A stretch of 62,181 bases of DNA, counting the filler, from Basidiobolus ranarum (Eukaryota), in assembly GCA_040143965.1 (NCBI GenBank). It is 11 parts of 11 records of this genome, joined end to end, with 100 filler letters (N's around TTAATTAATTAA, not from the genome) between each part and the next. Parts side by side here need not be neighbours in the genome. Positions count along the whole stretch, not along the records: positions 1 to 5,575 come from JASJQH010001548.1; positions 5,676 to 11,249 come from JASJQH010001549.1; positions 11,350 to 16,921 come from JASJQH010001550.1; 8 more parts are not named here. One strand, given 5' to 3'. A program made the position numbers and the translations under genes. A model generated the notes under the pieces. It did no database searches and was not told the origin of the DNA. It saw nothing but the letters and a program-made list of their open reading frames with translations. This document shows, one piece after another, positions 1-11,775 of this stretch; the first letter of the stretch is position 1; every line of letters begins with the position of its first letter.

Positions 1-311
1 AAAGCCTAAAATATCTAAATAAAGGCATGCATATTAATTTGAATTCCTACAGCAGTAAACCTAGTAATTTGCCATTCAAAAATTATATTTTTGCAAAAAT
101 TGCTGGATATTGAATAATCCATGCCAAATTTAAGGATCAACATTTTAACATGTATGAATAGCATCAAAATACCTGCAAGAAACTGCCATCACACCATCAA
201 AATCCCTTGCAGAAAGCTTGCCACTGATATTGTGATGATTCTCTGACAGTTTTGCTATTTTGGGGGGGGGTGGGTCTGAGTCAGATCAAATTGATTTTAT
301 TTCTGTTAGGA
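1..311 (+). mobile_element. CACTA/EnSpm-family right-end remnant
   Basis: Homologous to 4935-5237, 14399-14700 (inverted) and 39960-40267. Ends GATTTTATTTCTGTTAGG, the reverse complement of the family terminus CCCTAACAGAAA. CpG-depleted. Confidence 0.75.
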
Positions 312-1322
312 CCCAATTTATACCAAAATTCAGCTACACCATCTGGTAAATCGGATGATGCACTCTATACACCCAATATAGTCAAGAATCTACTCTGAGT
401 AGGCCTAGTAACAACTTGAGGACTAAATTTTGTGTGCAACAATGCTGGATGCACTATCACAGATTAGAATAATACCAAATTAGCTGCTTGGATCTAAACT
501 TCAAACTTATTCAAGCTATATATTAACAAATAACATCCTGAGCATGTAATTTTGGCCAAAACTAGTGAAATAAGCTGTCAAAAATGGCATAAAAGATTAG
601 GCCACATAGCTTTCTGTGACAAAGCACAAACCTGGAATTAAGCTCTGGAGTGTCCTCAATGAAAATTATTGGAAAGAACCATGTCTGATTAGATTCTTTC
701 ACTTCAGGACACTAAAACCAGGATTCTCAGTCCTCTACCAGCAGGGAGAAAGTTGATAGGTTGCAACTGGGTCCACAAGGTAAAAAACCAAGTGGATGGA
801 AATCTGAACAAAGCAATCTATATGGAATAATGAGATGAATTTGTTTACCCCAACACCCTGATATAGTCTGTAGGGTGCCAAAATTGCTATACAAACTCAA
901 GATAGATACTGATTTGAAATCACTGGAACTCTAAAAATATTCAACATATCACAGTATTTACATCAGTACAACTTGAAATAGGATCCTTAGCTTTGCACTA
1001 TATGTGGAGGACTTGATCAAAGCCAGAAATGAACTAAAGGCACTTAATCAGACAAAAAGCAGCTTTTCAAATCAATTATGATTGACTGAGGGTGAATCCA
1101 GTTATTTTATTGGCATCCAAATCAAGAGGGATAAGCCCAATTTGAAAATCATGCTGTATTGTCTGGATACATCTTAGACATCCATAAACACTTGGGCATC
1201 AAGAATAGCAAGCCTATATCAACACCATTGAATCCCAATGTGAAATTATCAAAAATTTTGTCCAATTGGGCCCAAAATGACTCAAATCAACACCAGGAGC
1301 TCCCTCATCAATACCTGGTAAT
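312..1322 (+). mobile_element. Degenerate Ty1/copia pol fragments (protease, GAG-pre-integrase, reverse transcriptase)
   Basis: Hand translation: ALYTPNIVKNLL (protease region), KWHKRLGHI (~583-609), PLPAGRKLIGCNWVHKVK (RT start), ALYVEDLI (YVDD motif, altered), YFIGIQIKRD, SKPISTPLNPNVKLSK. Stops, frameshifts and large deletions. Confidence 0.85.
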
Positions 1323-1650
1323 TAAAACTTTGAATATAACTTCAATGGCTCATTGAAATTGAATCTTTCACCATATAGCTGAGTAAGTAGTATTGGAATG
1401 TTGTCAAATGGTAAACACATAGTGTATAATAGGGAGATCTGGCTCCAGCTGATCCTCTTTAGCAACATAATGTTTGGTTTATGGCTAATACTAAGTTTGA
1501 TGGTAGATTGACTATTTGGTGAATTGCTATCAGTGAGCAAATTGAAATCTGACCATGCTCTTGACAGTAACATGATGGAGTTTAGTGTTGTAGGTACATA
1601 TTTGTAATGCATTTGCACAGTAGAGTAGACTCCATCAATCTGACAGAGCC
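1323..1650 (-). mobile_element. CACTA transposase fragment, inverted
   Basis: Reverse-complement homolog of ~4010-4350. Confidence 0.7.
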
Positions 1651-2623
1651 CAACTCCCTGTCTTCTTTATTTTTCCCTTGTGCTTACTAACTTTCTGTTC
1701 TTTATGTTCTTCCATAGCTGTTTTTGTTTCTTTTTAAGTTTATAATTTTATGTATTTTGAGATATTTCATGAATAGGCCAAAACTAGCCAAATTGCCATT
1801 TGCTTGCAAAAACTCATGATAAGCCACAGAAAATAAGTCAAGAACCCTCAGAGTAACACCTGGTCTTTAATAAACCAAAAATGCCATCCATTACATCTTT
1901 GGCTTTTCCTCAATTTGCTCCTGTTGAGGTGATTTTGGGCAAGATTCCACACTGTTTCCAAAATGTCAAACTATTCATTATTTGGGCAAGTGAAAGCAGC
2001 TCTGACATTCAGAGTTCTTAGCTTGCCAGTTTTCCTATGAGATTTCTACTTTGTTGTGCCCAAGCAACTTTTGGTTGTTAAGTAGGCCTAATTGTCTGAC
2101 ACTTATTCTGCTCTGCCCTATTTTTATAATGACATTTGAATGTATGGTGTATGATTGGCTGAAATCCCATTTGATAGTGAAAGTAGGGAGCAGCATTTTG
2201 CTATAACTCCAATACAGCATTTGAGAGGTTTTGTATCTTTGTTCAGTCACTCTTTAACTATATACTAGATGCTTCAGAATGCTGCATTAATTGCAATATT
2301 GTGGTATTATTGCTTTTCATGGCCTCTATAGCAACTTTTGCCAGACAGCTCAACTATTGAGTCCCCTGTTCTTGCTGGTTCTTTTCAATTTGTGCCAGCA
2401 GGCTTTTGCTTTGAAGCCTATTTTGATTTAGATTTTTAAATACTTTTTTAATGGCATTGACCTATTTGGATGGTAAACTTGGTGTGTTGATAGCTTAGAA
2501 ACAGCTTATAATAAACCAAAGTTGCCATTAATTGCCAGAAATATCTTTTCAATCCCCTGATGACTCATTGATGACACCATCCCAAAATTGGCAGATGATA
2601 TTGTGGGGATACACCCAAAATAC

Positions 2624-2873
2624 TATTGAAATTATTTAGGGAGAAATATTGGTCTGGCCAGGATTTGAACCTGGGACCTCCTTCACTCTCAGTTGCTTCT
2701 ATAGCAAAATGTCAAAGTACCATACATTGACAGACTAGGTTAAGGTTCCTTAGCAATATAGGCATAGCATACAAGGACTAGTAGCTCAATGGTTAGAGCT
2801 CCTTGCTAGAGGGAAGGAGGTCCCAGGTTCAAATCCTGGCCAGGCCAATATTTCTCCCTAAATAATTTCAACA
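2624..2873. mobile_element. 250-bp palindromic solo-LTR-like insert carrying a tRNA-like sequence
   Basis: 66-bp terminal inverted arms (2624-2689 and 2808-2873, 3 mismatches). Ends TATTG...CAACA. Absent from the homologous CACTA copies near 13465 and 40815. Confidence 0.75.
2775..2847 (+). pseudogene. tRNA-like sequence with Pol III A and B boxes; isotype unclear
   Basis: D-arm GCTC/GAGC with A box TAGCTCAATGG; T-arm CCAGG-TTCAAAT-CCTGG; imperfect acceptor and anticodon stems. Confidence 0.75.
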
Positions 2874-5458
2874 TACAAAGCCACCAGCTGAGCAAGGCCT
2901 GGTGAATATCAACAGTGTTAAGTGAACAAAATCAACTTTAGTTTTGCCTACTGCATACACTGGCTGTGCTTTACCTCAATATTATGGTAACATTGCTGAA
3001 AGTCAAGATGCCATGGAGTTACCACCATTATAGGATTGGAATACTTTGTGTTGAACTGCAACTTTGGTCAATCCAGTAAGTCATGACAACTTTGAGGACA
3101 TGTTGCTTGATGTTGACCTTAGTTATTCCAGTACTGATGGTAGTATATCAGAAGCTGAAAAAGAAGAAAATGTTTTGTTATGGACTCTTTCTTATTGGCA
3201 AGCATTAGTCTACTCATAACACTGACACTTAAAGAACCAGCTTTGATTATTGAGGAGTGGAGAGTTCATTTCAATCTTAGCAACTTGATGTTTATTGGTT
3301 TTCTTACACTTTTACCATAGTTGATTGGCAGCAGTTGTATGCCACAGACCTGATATAAGTGAAAAACATTTGTCAATTGTATGACATATATTTCTCAGTA
3401 ACAAAACCATCTTCAAGTTGAATTGGTTATTTGGCTTTCACCAGTGATCTGAAACATGTCAACTCTTGTTTTGTCTGCTCACAGTTTGCATTCACTGAAT
3501 TGCACAAATATTATTCATATTTTACATACATACTGTTGATTCCCCATTTAATGTTTTGATAAAATCACCCAAATATGCATCATTGATCCATTACCAAAGT
3601 ACTCACCATAAAGCAGATGGGATCACCAATATACTGGAAGGATTTCACTACCAGAATGAGAAAGGTCAAGGTTTCTTTGAGAACACATATAATCATGTAT
3701 TTGCATTGGCTCTAGATGGTTTCTCCCTGAACATATATACTGTTGGAAAGGCTTGCTGGCCAAAAGTTTTGATTAACTGAAATCTTCCTTCATCTGAGCA
3801 GTATAAGAGTAATAATATTATGATACTATCTACCATAGCTGGGCCTAAGTCACCAGAGGTTATAAATAGTGGCTTGAGCCTTTGATGGCAGAATTTGAAT
3901 AGTTATTGAATGGGGTTTGGATGGGTGAATTTTTTTTTAAAGCTAATATCATTGTATGTATATGTGACACTCCTGCTATCAGTAAACAGGGAGGTTTTTG
4001 CAGGCACAATGCACTGTCTGCTATATACTTTGTCCAATCAATAGAGTCTACTCCACCATGCATACATATTTCTACTATCCAAATACAACACAAAGCTCCA
4101 GGATTTTCCCATCAAGAGCCTGGTCATATATCAACCTGCTTCCTGACATCAATTCACCCAAGAGTCAGTCTAACATCAAAGTTTAGATTAGCCAAAAGGC
4201 TGAGTTTAAATTGCCAAAGGGGATCAGCTGGAGCCAGAGCTTCCCTGTGAGCACTATGCACTAACTATTCAACAATATTTCAATACCATCTACTCAGCTG
4301 TATAGTGGAAAATTCAGTCTGAGTGAGCCATTGGAGATAGGATCATAGTTTGAATCCATTGGGAAAATGCTTCAAAAATGTCAAGATACCATCATATTTA
4401 ACCAGAATTCCCATCAATAACCACTCCTGTAGGTGTTCATTCAATAGGAAAGACTGGAAGCAAAACTCAATCCAAGGACTCAGAGTAAGTATCTTTATAA
4501 CTTGGACTAATTTGTTTGTGTGCTAATCTGATGGTATTACTAGGAAAGCTGGAAGACAGACTTCTTTGTGAGATATATCAAAATACACAGTAATATTGTC
4601 TTGGCCATGAGGTAATCTATTCAGGCAATGACTCATCTTCTTGCACCAGGCCATTTGTGACTGCTAGTTGGGAATATTTTGGCTAAATTCATTTTGAAAA
4701 TTTTCCAAATTCAAAGATTTTATTCTCATTGAAAATGGTAACAAGAGTCAGTTATCTGCTAAGTATTGGTGCTATTCAAAATTCCAGATGGTTAGCAATT
4801 TTTCCACCGTTTCTTTGCTGATTTAACATATTGCTGTTGTTGAGTTATGTCTGATCAGGCAAGCATGTGCACATGTTGATACTAAACACAACAAGATACT
4901 TGTATTTTGTGATTCTCATTACAGCTGGGATACAAAGCCTAAAACATCTAAATAAAGACATGTATATTAATTCAAATTCTTGTAGCAATAAATCTAGTAA
5001 TTTGACATGTGAAAATTTTCTTTTTGCAACAAATTGAAAACTTTATGATGCATGCCAAATATGAGGATTAATATTTACATTGTGAGAATACCATTGAAAT
5101 ACCATCAAGAAGCTGCAAAGCACTATCAAAATCCCTAGCAGAATTCAAGCCACCATTATTGTCATGGTCCTCAGATGGTGTTGCAATCCACAATGGTAAA
5201 TCTGATCCAGATGAAACTGATTTTAATTTTGTTAGGGATGTGAGAATGGTCAATCATAAATGGATTAAAATTTTGATGGTTTTCTCACAGTAAAAATCCT
5301 AATATATCTCTCAGAGAGGCAACAGTGAACCTGTGAGCAAAGTATTGTTATGTATGGGTTACTTGGAGCTACAAGAAGTTAAGAAGCAGATTGAGTTGAC
5401 TAAAAGGAGCCAAAGTATTTAGCAGAAAAATCTTATGTCAAGCTACAATCACACCCAT

Positions 5459-5575
5459 CCCTAACAGAAATTTGAGGTTTGTTATCGTAGGAAAACCGTC
5501 ACAATTTTAATCCATTTGGGATTGACCGTTTACTTACCGTCATAAAATCGTCAAGTTAGATTTGATTTTAATCAA
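5459..5575 (+). mobile_element. Left terminus of a young copy of the CACTA family, cut by the contig end
   Basis: Starts CCCTAACAGAAATTTGAGG. Has subterminal ACCGTC/ATCGTC repeats. Keeps five CpGs that are mostly CA/TG in the copies at 16128 and 42981. Confidence 0.8.
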
Positions 5576-5675
5576 NNNNNNNNNNNNNNNNNNNNNNNNN
5601 NNNNNNNNNNNNNNNNNNNTTAATTAATTAANNNNNNNNNNNNNNNNNNNNNNNNNNNNNNNNNNNNNNNNNNNN
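5576..5675. other. Artificial contig linker. Others at 11250-11349, 16922-17021, 22593-22692, 28262-28361, 33928-34027, 39587-39686, 45241-45340, 50892-50991, 56538-56637
   Basis: Identical N44-TTAATTAATTAA-N44 (stops in all six frames). The intervening contigs decrease monotonically in length. Confidence 0.98.
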
Positions 5676-5676
5676 T

Positions 5677-6294
5677 GTAGCAACCCATGGCACCTCGTCC
5701 ACCGCCAAACGAAAGAGGGCCAGTAGTGAGCAACTTCAAATTCTAAAGCAAGTATTTGAATATACTTTCTTCCCATCTACAGAGTTAAGGAACGAACTCT
5801 CGCGAGTTTTAGGGATGACCCCTCGTGCAGTTCAGGTGTGGTTCCAAAATAAGCGTCAATCTTGGAAATCAACTAGGGGTAAAAATCCCAATAGTAAGCG
5901 AAGTACTTCTCCATGTGCCATTCAAAATCTCCAGACAACTCGATTTAATTCCCCTAATCTATCTCCTCCGCTATCGAATGAAAGACTGGTAGCTAATCGC
6001 ACACCTCTACTTGATTCTGACCTTCCACTTACTCCACCTAAAAAACGCAGATTTTCAGTGGAGATAGGTCTTGAAGCTACTGTCTTGAGGCACCAATCCC
6101 CCAGCTTACCAGGAACTAATTCTAGCCAACAATCAACGTACCTTGAGCCTTTAGCTCCACTACGAACACTAAGCACAGTAGCTCCCCAACAATTCTTAGA
6201 GATAGCTCCAAATTCATTTCCCCGTAGTTGTAAGCTACCATCTCTAATGGAAATGGGGATCGATTTTCGGAGCAGTGTACGTGGGTCTTTCTAG
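5677..6294 (+). CDS. Homeodomain transcription factor, 5' truncated
   Basis: Frame is open from the contig start: KRKRASSEQLQILKQVFEYTFFPSTELRNELSRVLGMTPRAVQVWFQNKRQ, followed by an S/P-rich tail. Confidence 0.92.
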   Translation, partial: VATHGTSSTAKRKRASSEQLQILKQVFEYTFFPSTELRNELSRVLGMTPRAVQVWFQNKRQSWKSTRGKNPNSKRSTSPCAIQNLQTTRFNSPNLSPPLSNERLVANRTPLLDSDLPLTPPKKRRFSVEIGLEATVLRHQSPSLPGTNSSQQSTYLEPLAPLRTLSTVAPQQFLEIAPNSFPRSCKLPSLMEMGIDFRSSVRGSF

Positions 6295-9200
6295 AGCGCG
6301 ACATATCTCATTGGGACTTGGAGAGTCATTAGTTCCCATATAGCATCATTTATTAGGCACAAAAATAAGTACTGAGCTACTTATGACTTTGAGCTTATGT
6401 TTATGTTGGTTTTGTAATATAGGCTTGTCATGTATACTATTAAGCTACTCATTTTCATTACTATTTACTTGATTAATTGTAGTAAGGTTCGAAATATATA
6501 TATATATATACTTATTGATACGATCTCCAGTTTTCTGTTTCGAGTTTCGATAGAACTCAGCGTAGACATTGGTTTCCTGGGAATGAATTCACCACCTAGA
6601 TGTACAGTCGTGACTCTATATAGGACAGTTCGGGTGTGGCAAACCTACTGAAAAGAGAGGGATTTCTTCCTTTAAAAAAAGGATTCACTTGAAAATGCCC
6701 AAACAACTAATGTGACACGAACAATTCATTTGATCATGGATGCGTCATATATTTCTGCAATTAAGTTGGGCGACAAATAAAATGAATTCTCTATTAAATC
6801 CGAATTCAATTCGCTACCTTAATAGTAGACGTAATTGCCACAGCGTATGAAGATTGTCGTAATCTTCTTATAGCTTGTCAGTTAGAAAGTCCCCAAATAG
6901 TTGATGTATTAGCAATAATGCATTACGCCTATATATACAACAAGATTGGTATCATTGCCTTCAGCATTCATCCTCAAGGTAATTCTAGCCTGATCAAGGC
7001 CAAGATTGATTAGTGGTACGCTAAGGTACATAGGCACTCAGGTGATACACAATTAAACCACTCGCAAATACTGCTACGATAAAAGGCCGGCATCTAGATC
7101 AGATTTTTCCTAAAATCCCGCCTAATTTTTGGTTGTAGAACAGACTGCCACCACGCATGATTTCAGCACGTTGGTTATATGTGAGCTACTGAAGGACCAG
7201 AATCATTGGATTATGCATGATTTGAAATCAAGATACATCTGCAACTCATGTGATATGTGATCATATCGTTCTCAATGAAAGGTAGTGCAACCTCATCATA
7301 AATGTTGTTTTTGCCGTATCCTTCATGTCTGTTAGCTACTGTAGCTAAGAGTTACGAATCTAATAACCTACCCTACATATGAATCGAACCACCCAGTATG
7401 CCTCTAAGCGCACCTATTGCTGTATTTGAATTTCTCTAAGCAAAGCATCATTATTCAAAAAATCCCAAGATCCCCGATTCGATCTGTTTTCAGATTCGCA
7501 TCGCTTAATCTGCTGAACTCATCAAAGGTCAGATCGAATTGTTGCTCATATATTGGTTTCATTAACGAGAAGCCAATAAGCTGAGCCCAATTGAACTTCC
7601 CACACAAAGCCATATCCGTCATAATGGTGAGAGACGCCTAATTGGAGGAAAGGCCATTTGCTAACTAATCTATATTGGGTTGGGTGTCATTCTTAAAGCA
7701 TATTATAGCCATACAGATACTTGTGTGTGATTTCGTGGAATTCTGCTGATTCTGGAAGATCCTAATTGCCATTTGGGCGTGTCTGCTCTCCTTGATAGCT
7801 TAAATGGAATTATTAGTGAATCATTTCCATATTGGTCGTAAGTATAAGGATGTCAGGAGTCAATAGTCGGATATTATTGTTTCTATAGTTCCATGGGAAC
7901 CTGTTGGTAACTGGCTCATGGGAGGTTTATGAATGGGATATATTCATTTATTTCACATTAAACTTTGGGGAAGTGAATTATTTTCCGTGTGTAATCGTAA
8001 CATCATAAAATACTCCGAATGGCCGTTGGCATCTTGCCTGACCCATGTATCTGTTGCCGTTACCGTCAGAGCTAGCAAAGTCGACTAATCAACACATGAT
8101 ATCCTGAATTGATGTTCAATTTGTCGATCAGCTAGTTAGCTATTTGCTCTCCAATACAAAATTGCTAACTGCTCTGGTCCTGCCAATAGATGTAAACCCA
8201 ACCATAATTTATTTTCAGAATGAGCTACCAATCGTAGGCCCATTTCTCACGCCAGTTTAGCAAGCGAGCTACCAGCTTGCACAACATAGTGCGACAAATA
8301 GAAAGGCCACTCAATCGCACTTTACCTTGCAGAGTCGTAGCTTGGGAACCTTGGTGGATACCCAACGCCCACACGTTTTCAGTATACGTGGGGATTGGAC
8401 GCAAGGCGGGATCTGTCCAAGGACTTCAATTTGTCCAGCTGAACTAATAACATCACAACTTGTCCTTGGTGATGGTGTATATATAGTGTGTGGTAACTTT
8501 AATTTCTATAACTTAACTTTATATCCCCTGTATAGCCAGTACTTTAGAAAATACTTACGAGACTTGATTTTTAGCAAGAAAGCGAACTTGTATCCGTGAT
8601 ATTTCTCACTTGCTAAATATAAGCATGCTTATAGCTGATGAAGTTCCTTAGTGGGTTTTGAAGATCTTATGATGACCTCCTGATACTAGTCTCAACACCA
8701 TCGTATACCACATTCACTTATTCTAGTGCTGGGAATTGTTGGGTATTTCCGATGCGTTGACCTCCTTCGGCCTATTTGAATATTAGATAAAGAAAGATAC
8801 CCAAAGCTCAAGATCTAGGCTTTTTTAATATCCTTTTCGGTAATAAAGGCAACTCCCCCCAACCATAACAGGAAGATACACATACACCAGTGGTGATACG
8901 AAGTGAAGTAGTCAATATTGAAATTAATATCACACATTTGATTAAAACAATCCCGCAACAGATGGATCCGTAAAAAAGGACAATTTAATGGATAGTGGTC
9001 CCAGTTTGTAAATCGTGTCACCCAGTGACATTTCTCTTAAGGCCCATGATCTTTGATATTGGTTGGTTCGATGTATATGAATATTCTGGAGCACATGGAT
9101 GCATCGTTTACAGATTCAACGCCGGATCGGATATACTATCTGAACCATCATAGTTCTTCGCCTTATAGGGGGAGGGCTGTTTGATCTTTGTACAATGTAT

Positions 9201-11349
9201 CGCAATCAAAAACCATTCGAGGACTCGGCCTAGACTTTGTGAAGTTTTCATTAGTATTTTGAGAATGTCTTAGAGATACACTATTGTATCACTTACATAC
9301 CAGTACCTATGGTAATCTGTTGGAAGCCATTAGCACACTATTGTTTTCATAATATTACTTATTCTACCAAGCGAGTGAGTAATCCAAGAATCTTCTTCCA
9401 CCCCAATAATCTCTATAGCATCCTCCTTCAGTGGGCTTACTATTGCATACCAATTCCCACCTCAGTTAGAGCAGCGTAGATTGTGTTGTGACAGTTGAGG
9501 TTGTCCTGACCGTAACCAAAATGAATTCATTTTACATGCATTTGATGGTTCCATTCTGCAATAAAGTAGGCTAACTCGTCCCCTCTTCAACTGTGAGTTG
9601 CAACTTCTGAACCCAGAATTTTATCGTATATGGTGTCATAGCATTCCAAAATCGAGCCGCCCAAATATGGAAATAACGGATTAACATGTTTCTATTAGCT
9701 TTAATCAATCGGGTATTTTACAGCTAGGCTAGTAGCCTCTATCGGAAATTACTAATAATCTCCTGATATCAATCTCTAAGCCTAATCTCCTGTAAAGTTG
9801 GGGCGGGGAAGGTGGGATCTTGGTGTCATGAATTATTTATCTTATTTCTGAAACCGAAATATCCATGCTTGGAACATATCCTCTATACACTCAAAAAGAT
9901 CCAAGTGGCATGCCTATCTAAGACTTGATTTTGAATATGTTAAAAATATATGTGTACTACAATTTTTCTGCATTGACTCTACTTCTTCAGCCAAATCTAT
10001 TCCTCAGTAAACCATCTCATCTTGCATATCTCCTGTTCTTACTAGAGTCTTTCAACAAGAACTGTGTTTATAACCTTCATTGTTAATACTGTTCGTACAT
10101 ATAAGGTACTTACTGGTTAACAGGGAGTAATGTGTCTCAAAATCCATCCTCTTGATAACCCTTCCTCATTAGTTACTGCTATTGGAGTGGATTTAGAATA
10201 ACCCCGTTTACATTTCAGCTAGTTGATCATCTTTCTTTCTGATGATTATAATGATCATCTTTTCTCAGAGAACACAGTCATGGGGAACAGCTTTCATATC
10301 ACACGTTAGTATTCACGTGATAATTATCTAAATATCTATTCATTTCATATCTTGATGAGAAAGTTCACTAATTCAAAAAGTTGACCTGATATTCTAGGAT
10401 TGTATCAACTACAAATTCTATGTTAGAGTTAAATGAATTAATACTCTGTCCAAGGGTTCTGGATAAGGCCAAACTACAATAGATTTTGAACTTTATCCAA
10501 CAGTAAATATTTAGCACAATAAATTGAATCAAGTCTCTACCGTGACCCTAATGGATGTGGAGAAGTATGAAAGATATTCATTAACTCACTTCTATAGCCC
10601 TGTGACAATGGCAATATGAAGTGATTTATTTCCAACATGATACTCATGTGCTTGAAAGAGTGGAGTTTGGAATCAAAGTGGACAAACACCCATAGATGTA
10701 GAACTATGTGAGATTAAAAAACTCCAAGACAAATGATGGCATCCGTGGGTGAATCAAGGGATAGAAAGTACTAAGGATGTTCAACGATCAATGAAACAAG
10801 AAAGTCTATTCTTGCTGAGGGAGTATCATGCAGAGCGATACGTTAACGCGAGATATAAACAAGATGAAACCAACAAATGAATTCGCAAATGATTGGTGAC
10901 AACCCAAAGAAATTCAGGTTGGATATTGATCTAGCAGTAGATGAATACAACAAATCAAACAGATTCGAATTTCGGATCTCTTACTTGACGGTATAAAAAG
11001 AATCCACATAAAGTAAATAATATTCGTAAAGAAAGCTGAAAATCAATTTTAAATCTTAGAAAGAAATGATACAAATATCAATTCAGTAAATATCCTTACC
11101 ATAATGGCGACAATATGGACCACTCTCCTCGCATCTCCGTAGATTGCCATGCCTATGGTGATGATATCAAACATAAGCAGTATCACATTGATGATGCTGA
11201 ACGAGCCTAGTAGATGTTGCTTTCTCTAAACCAAAGAAAAGGCCCTTTANNNNNNNNNNNNNNNNNNNNNNNNNNNNNNNNNNNNNNNNNNNNTTAATTA
11301 ATTAANNNNNNNNNNNNNNNNNNNNNNNNNNNNNNNNNNNNNNNNNNNN

Positions 11350-11775
11350 TTTATTTTGTTATGGTACTCTGTGTCCATGGATTGGGCTTTGTTGCTGTTA
11401 TTGTGCTAAAACAATGCAAAAACCTGTGAGCACATTGAAAAGAGCCCTTTGTTGGAAGGTTAATATACTCTGGAGTTTCCTTAACCTATTGAATTATGTC
11501 CATCGCTGATTTTGCTGATACATTGCTAATCTGATTAGCATATGATAACACTGATAATTGCACATGGAGCATCCTTTCACCACAGGTGCACTTCATTGCG
11601 AACTTCCCAAATATATAGCAAGGGTATATAATCTCTAAGCATTGTGTAAAATGCAGCAGGGAATGTGTAGAATACCAGCATAGACTCAGTCTATTGTTTT
11701 CAAACCTGTAATAACATTTTTCATATCCAATTCAAAAATCTTTGCTCAGTTGCTGTACCTACCTGAGATCGGCCA
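11350..11775 (-). mobile_element. CACTA transposase 3' fragment, inverted
   Basis: Direct homolog of ~15130-15550 in the same contig. Confidence 0.7.

Larger units (their letters stand above)
1660..5237 (+). mobile_element. Decayed CACTA/EnSpm element: accessory ORF remnant (-, ~1670-2450), Tnp2-type transposase remnant (+, ~2960-4900) and right terminus
   Basis: 3680-4040 translates as ALALDGFS..ACWPKVLIN*NLPSSE..IAGPKSPEVINS..LEPLMAEF..NGVW..ICDTPAISKQGGF..HNA, matching the Transposase_21/Tnp2 pattern. Ends TTTTGTTAGGG at 5237. Confidence 0.85.

Noticed and set aside
6885-6894. GAAAGTCCCC as an RNase MRP/P P4 motif
   Set aside because: I found no downstream complementary P4 partner.
10635-10933. 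About 100-codon frame interrupted only by TGA (selenoprotein or recoding?)
   Set aside because: No recognisable domain, Sec motif or SECIS. Explicable by chance or pseudogene decay.
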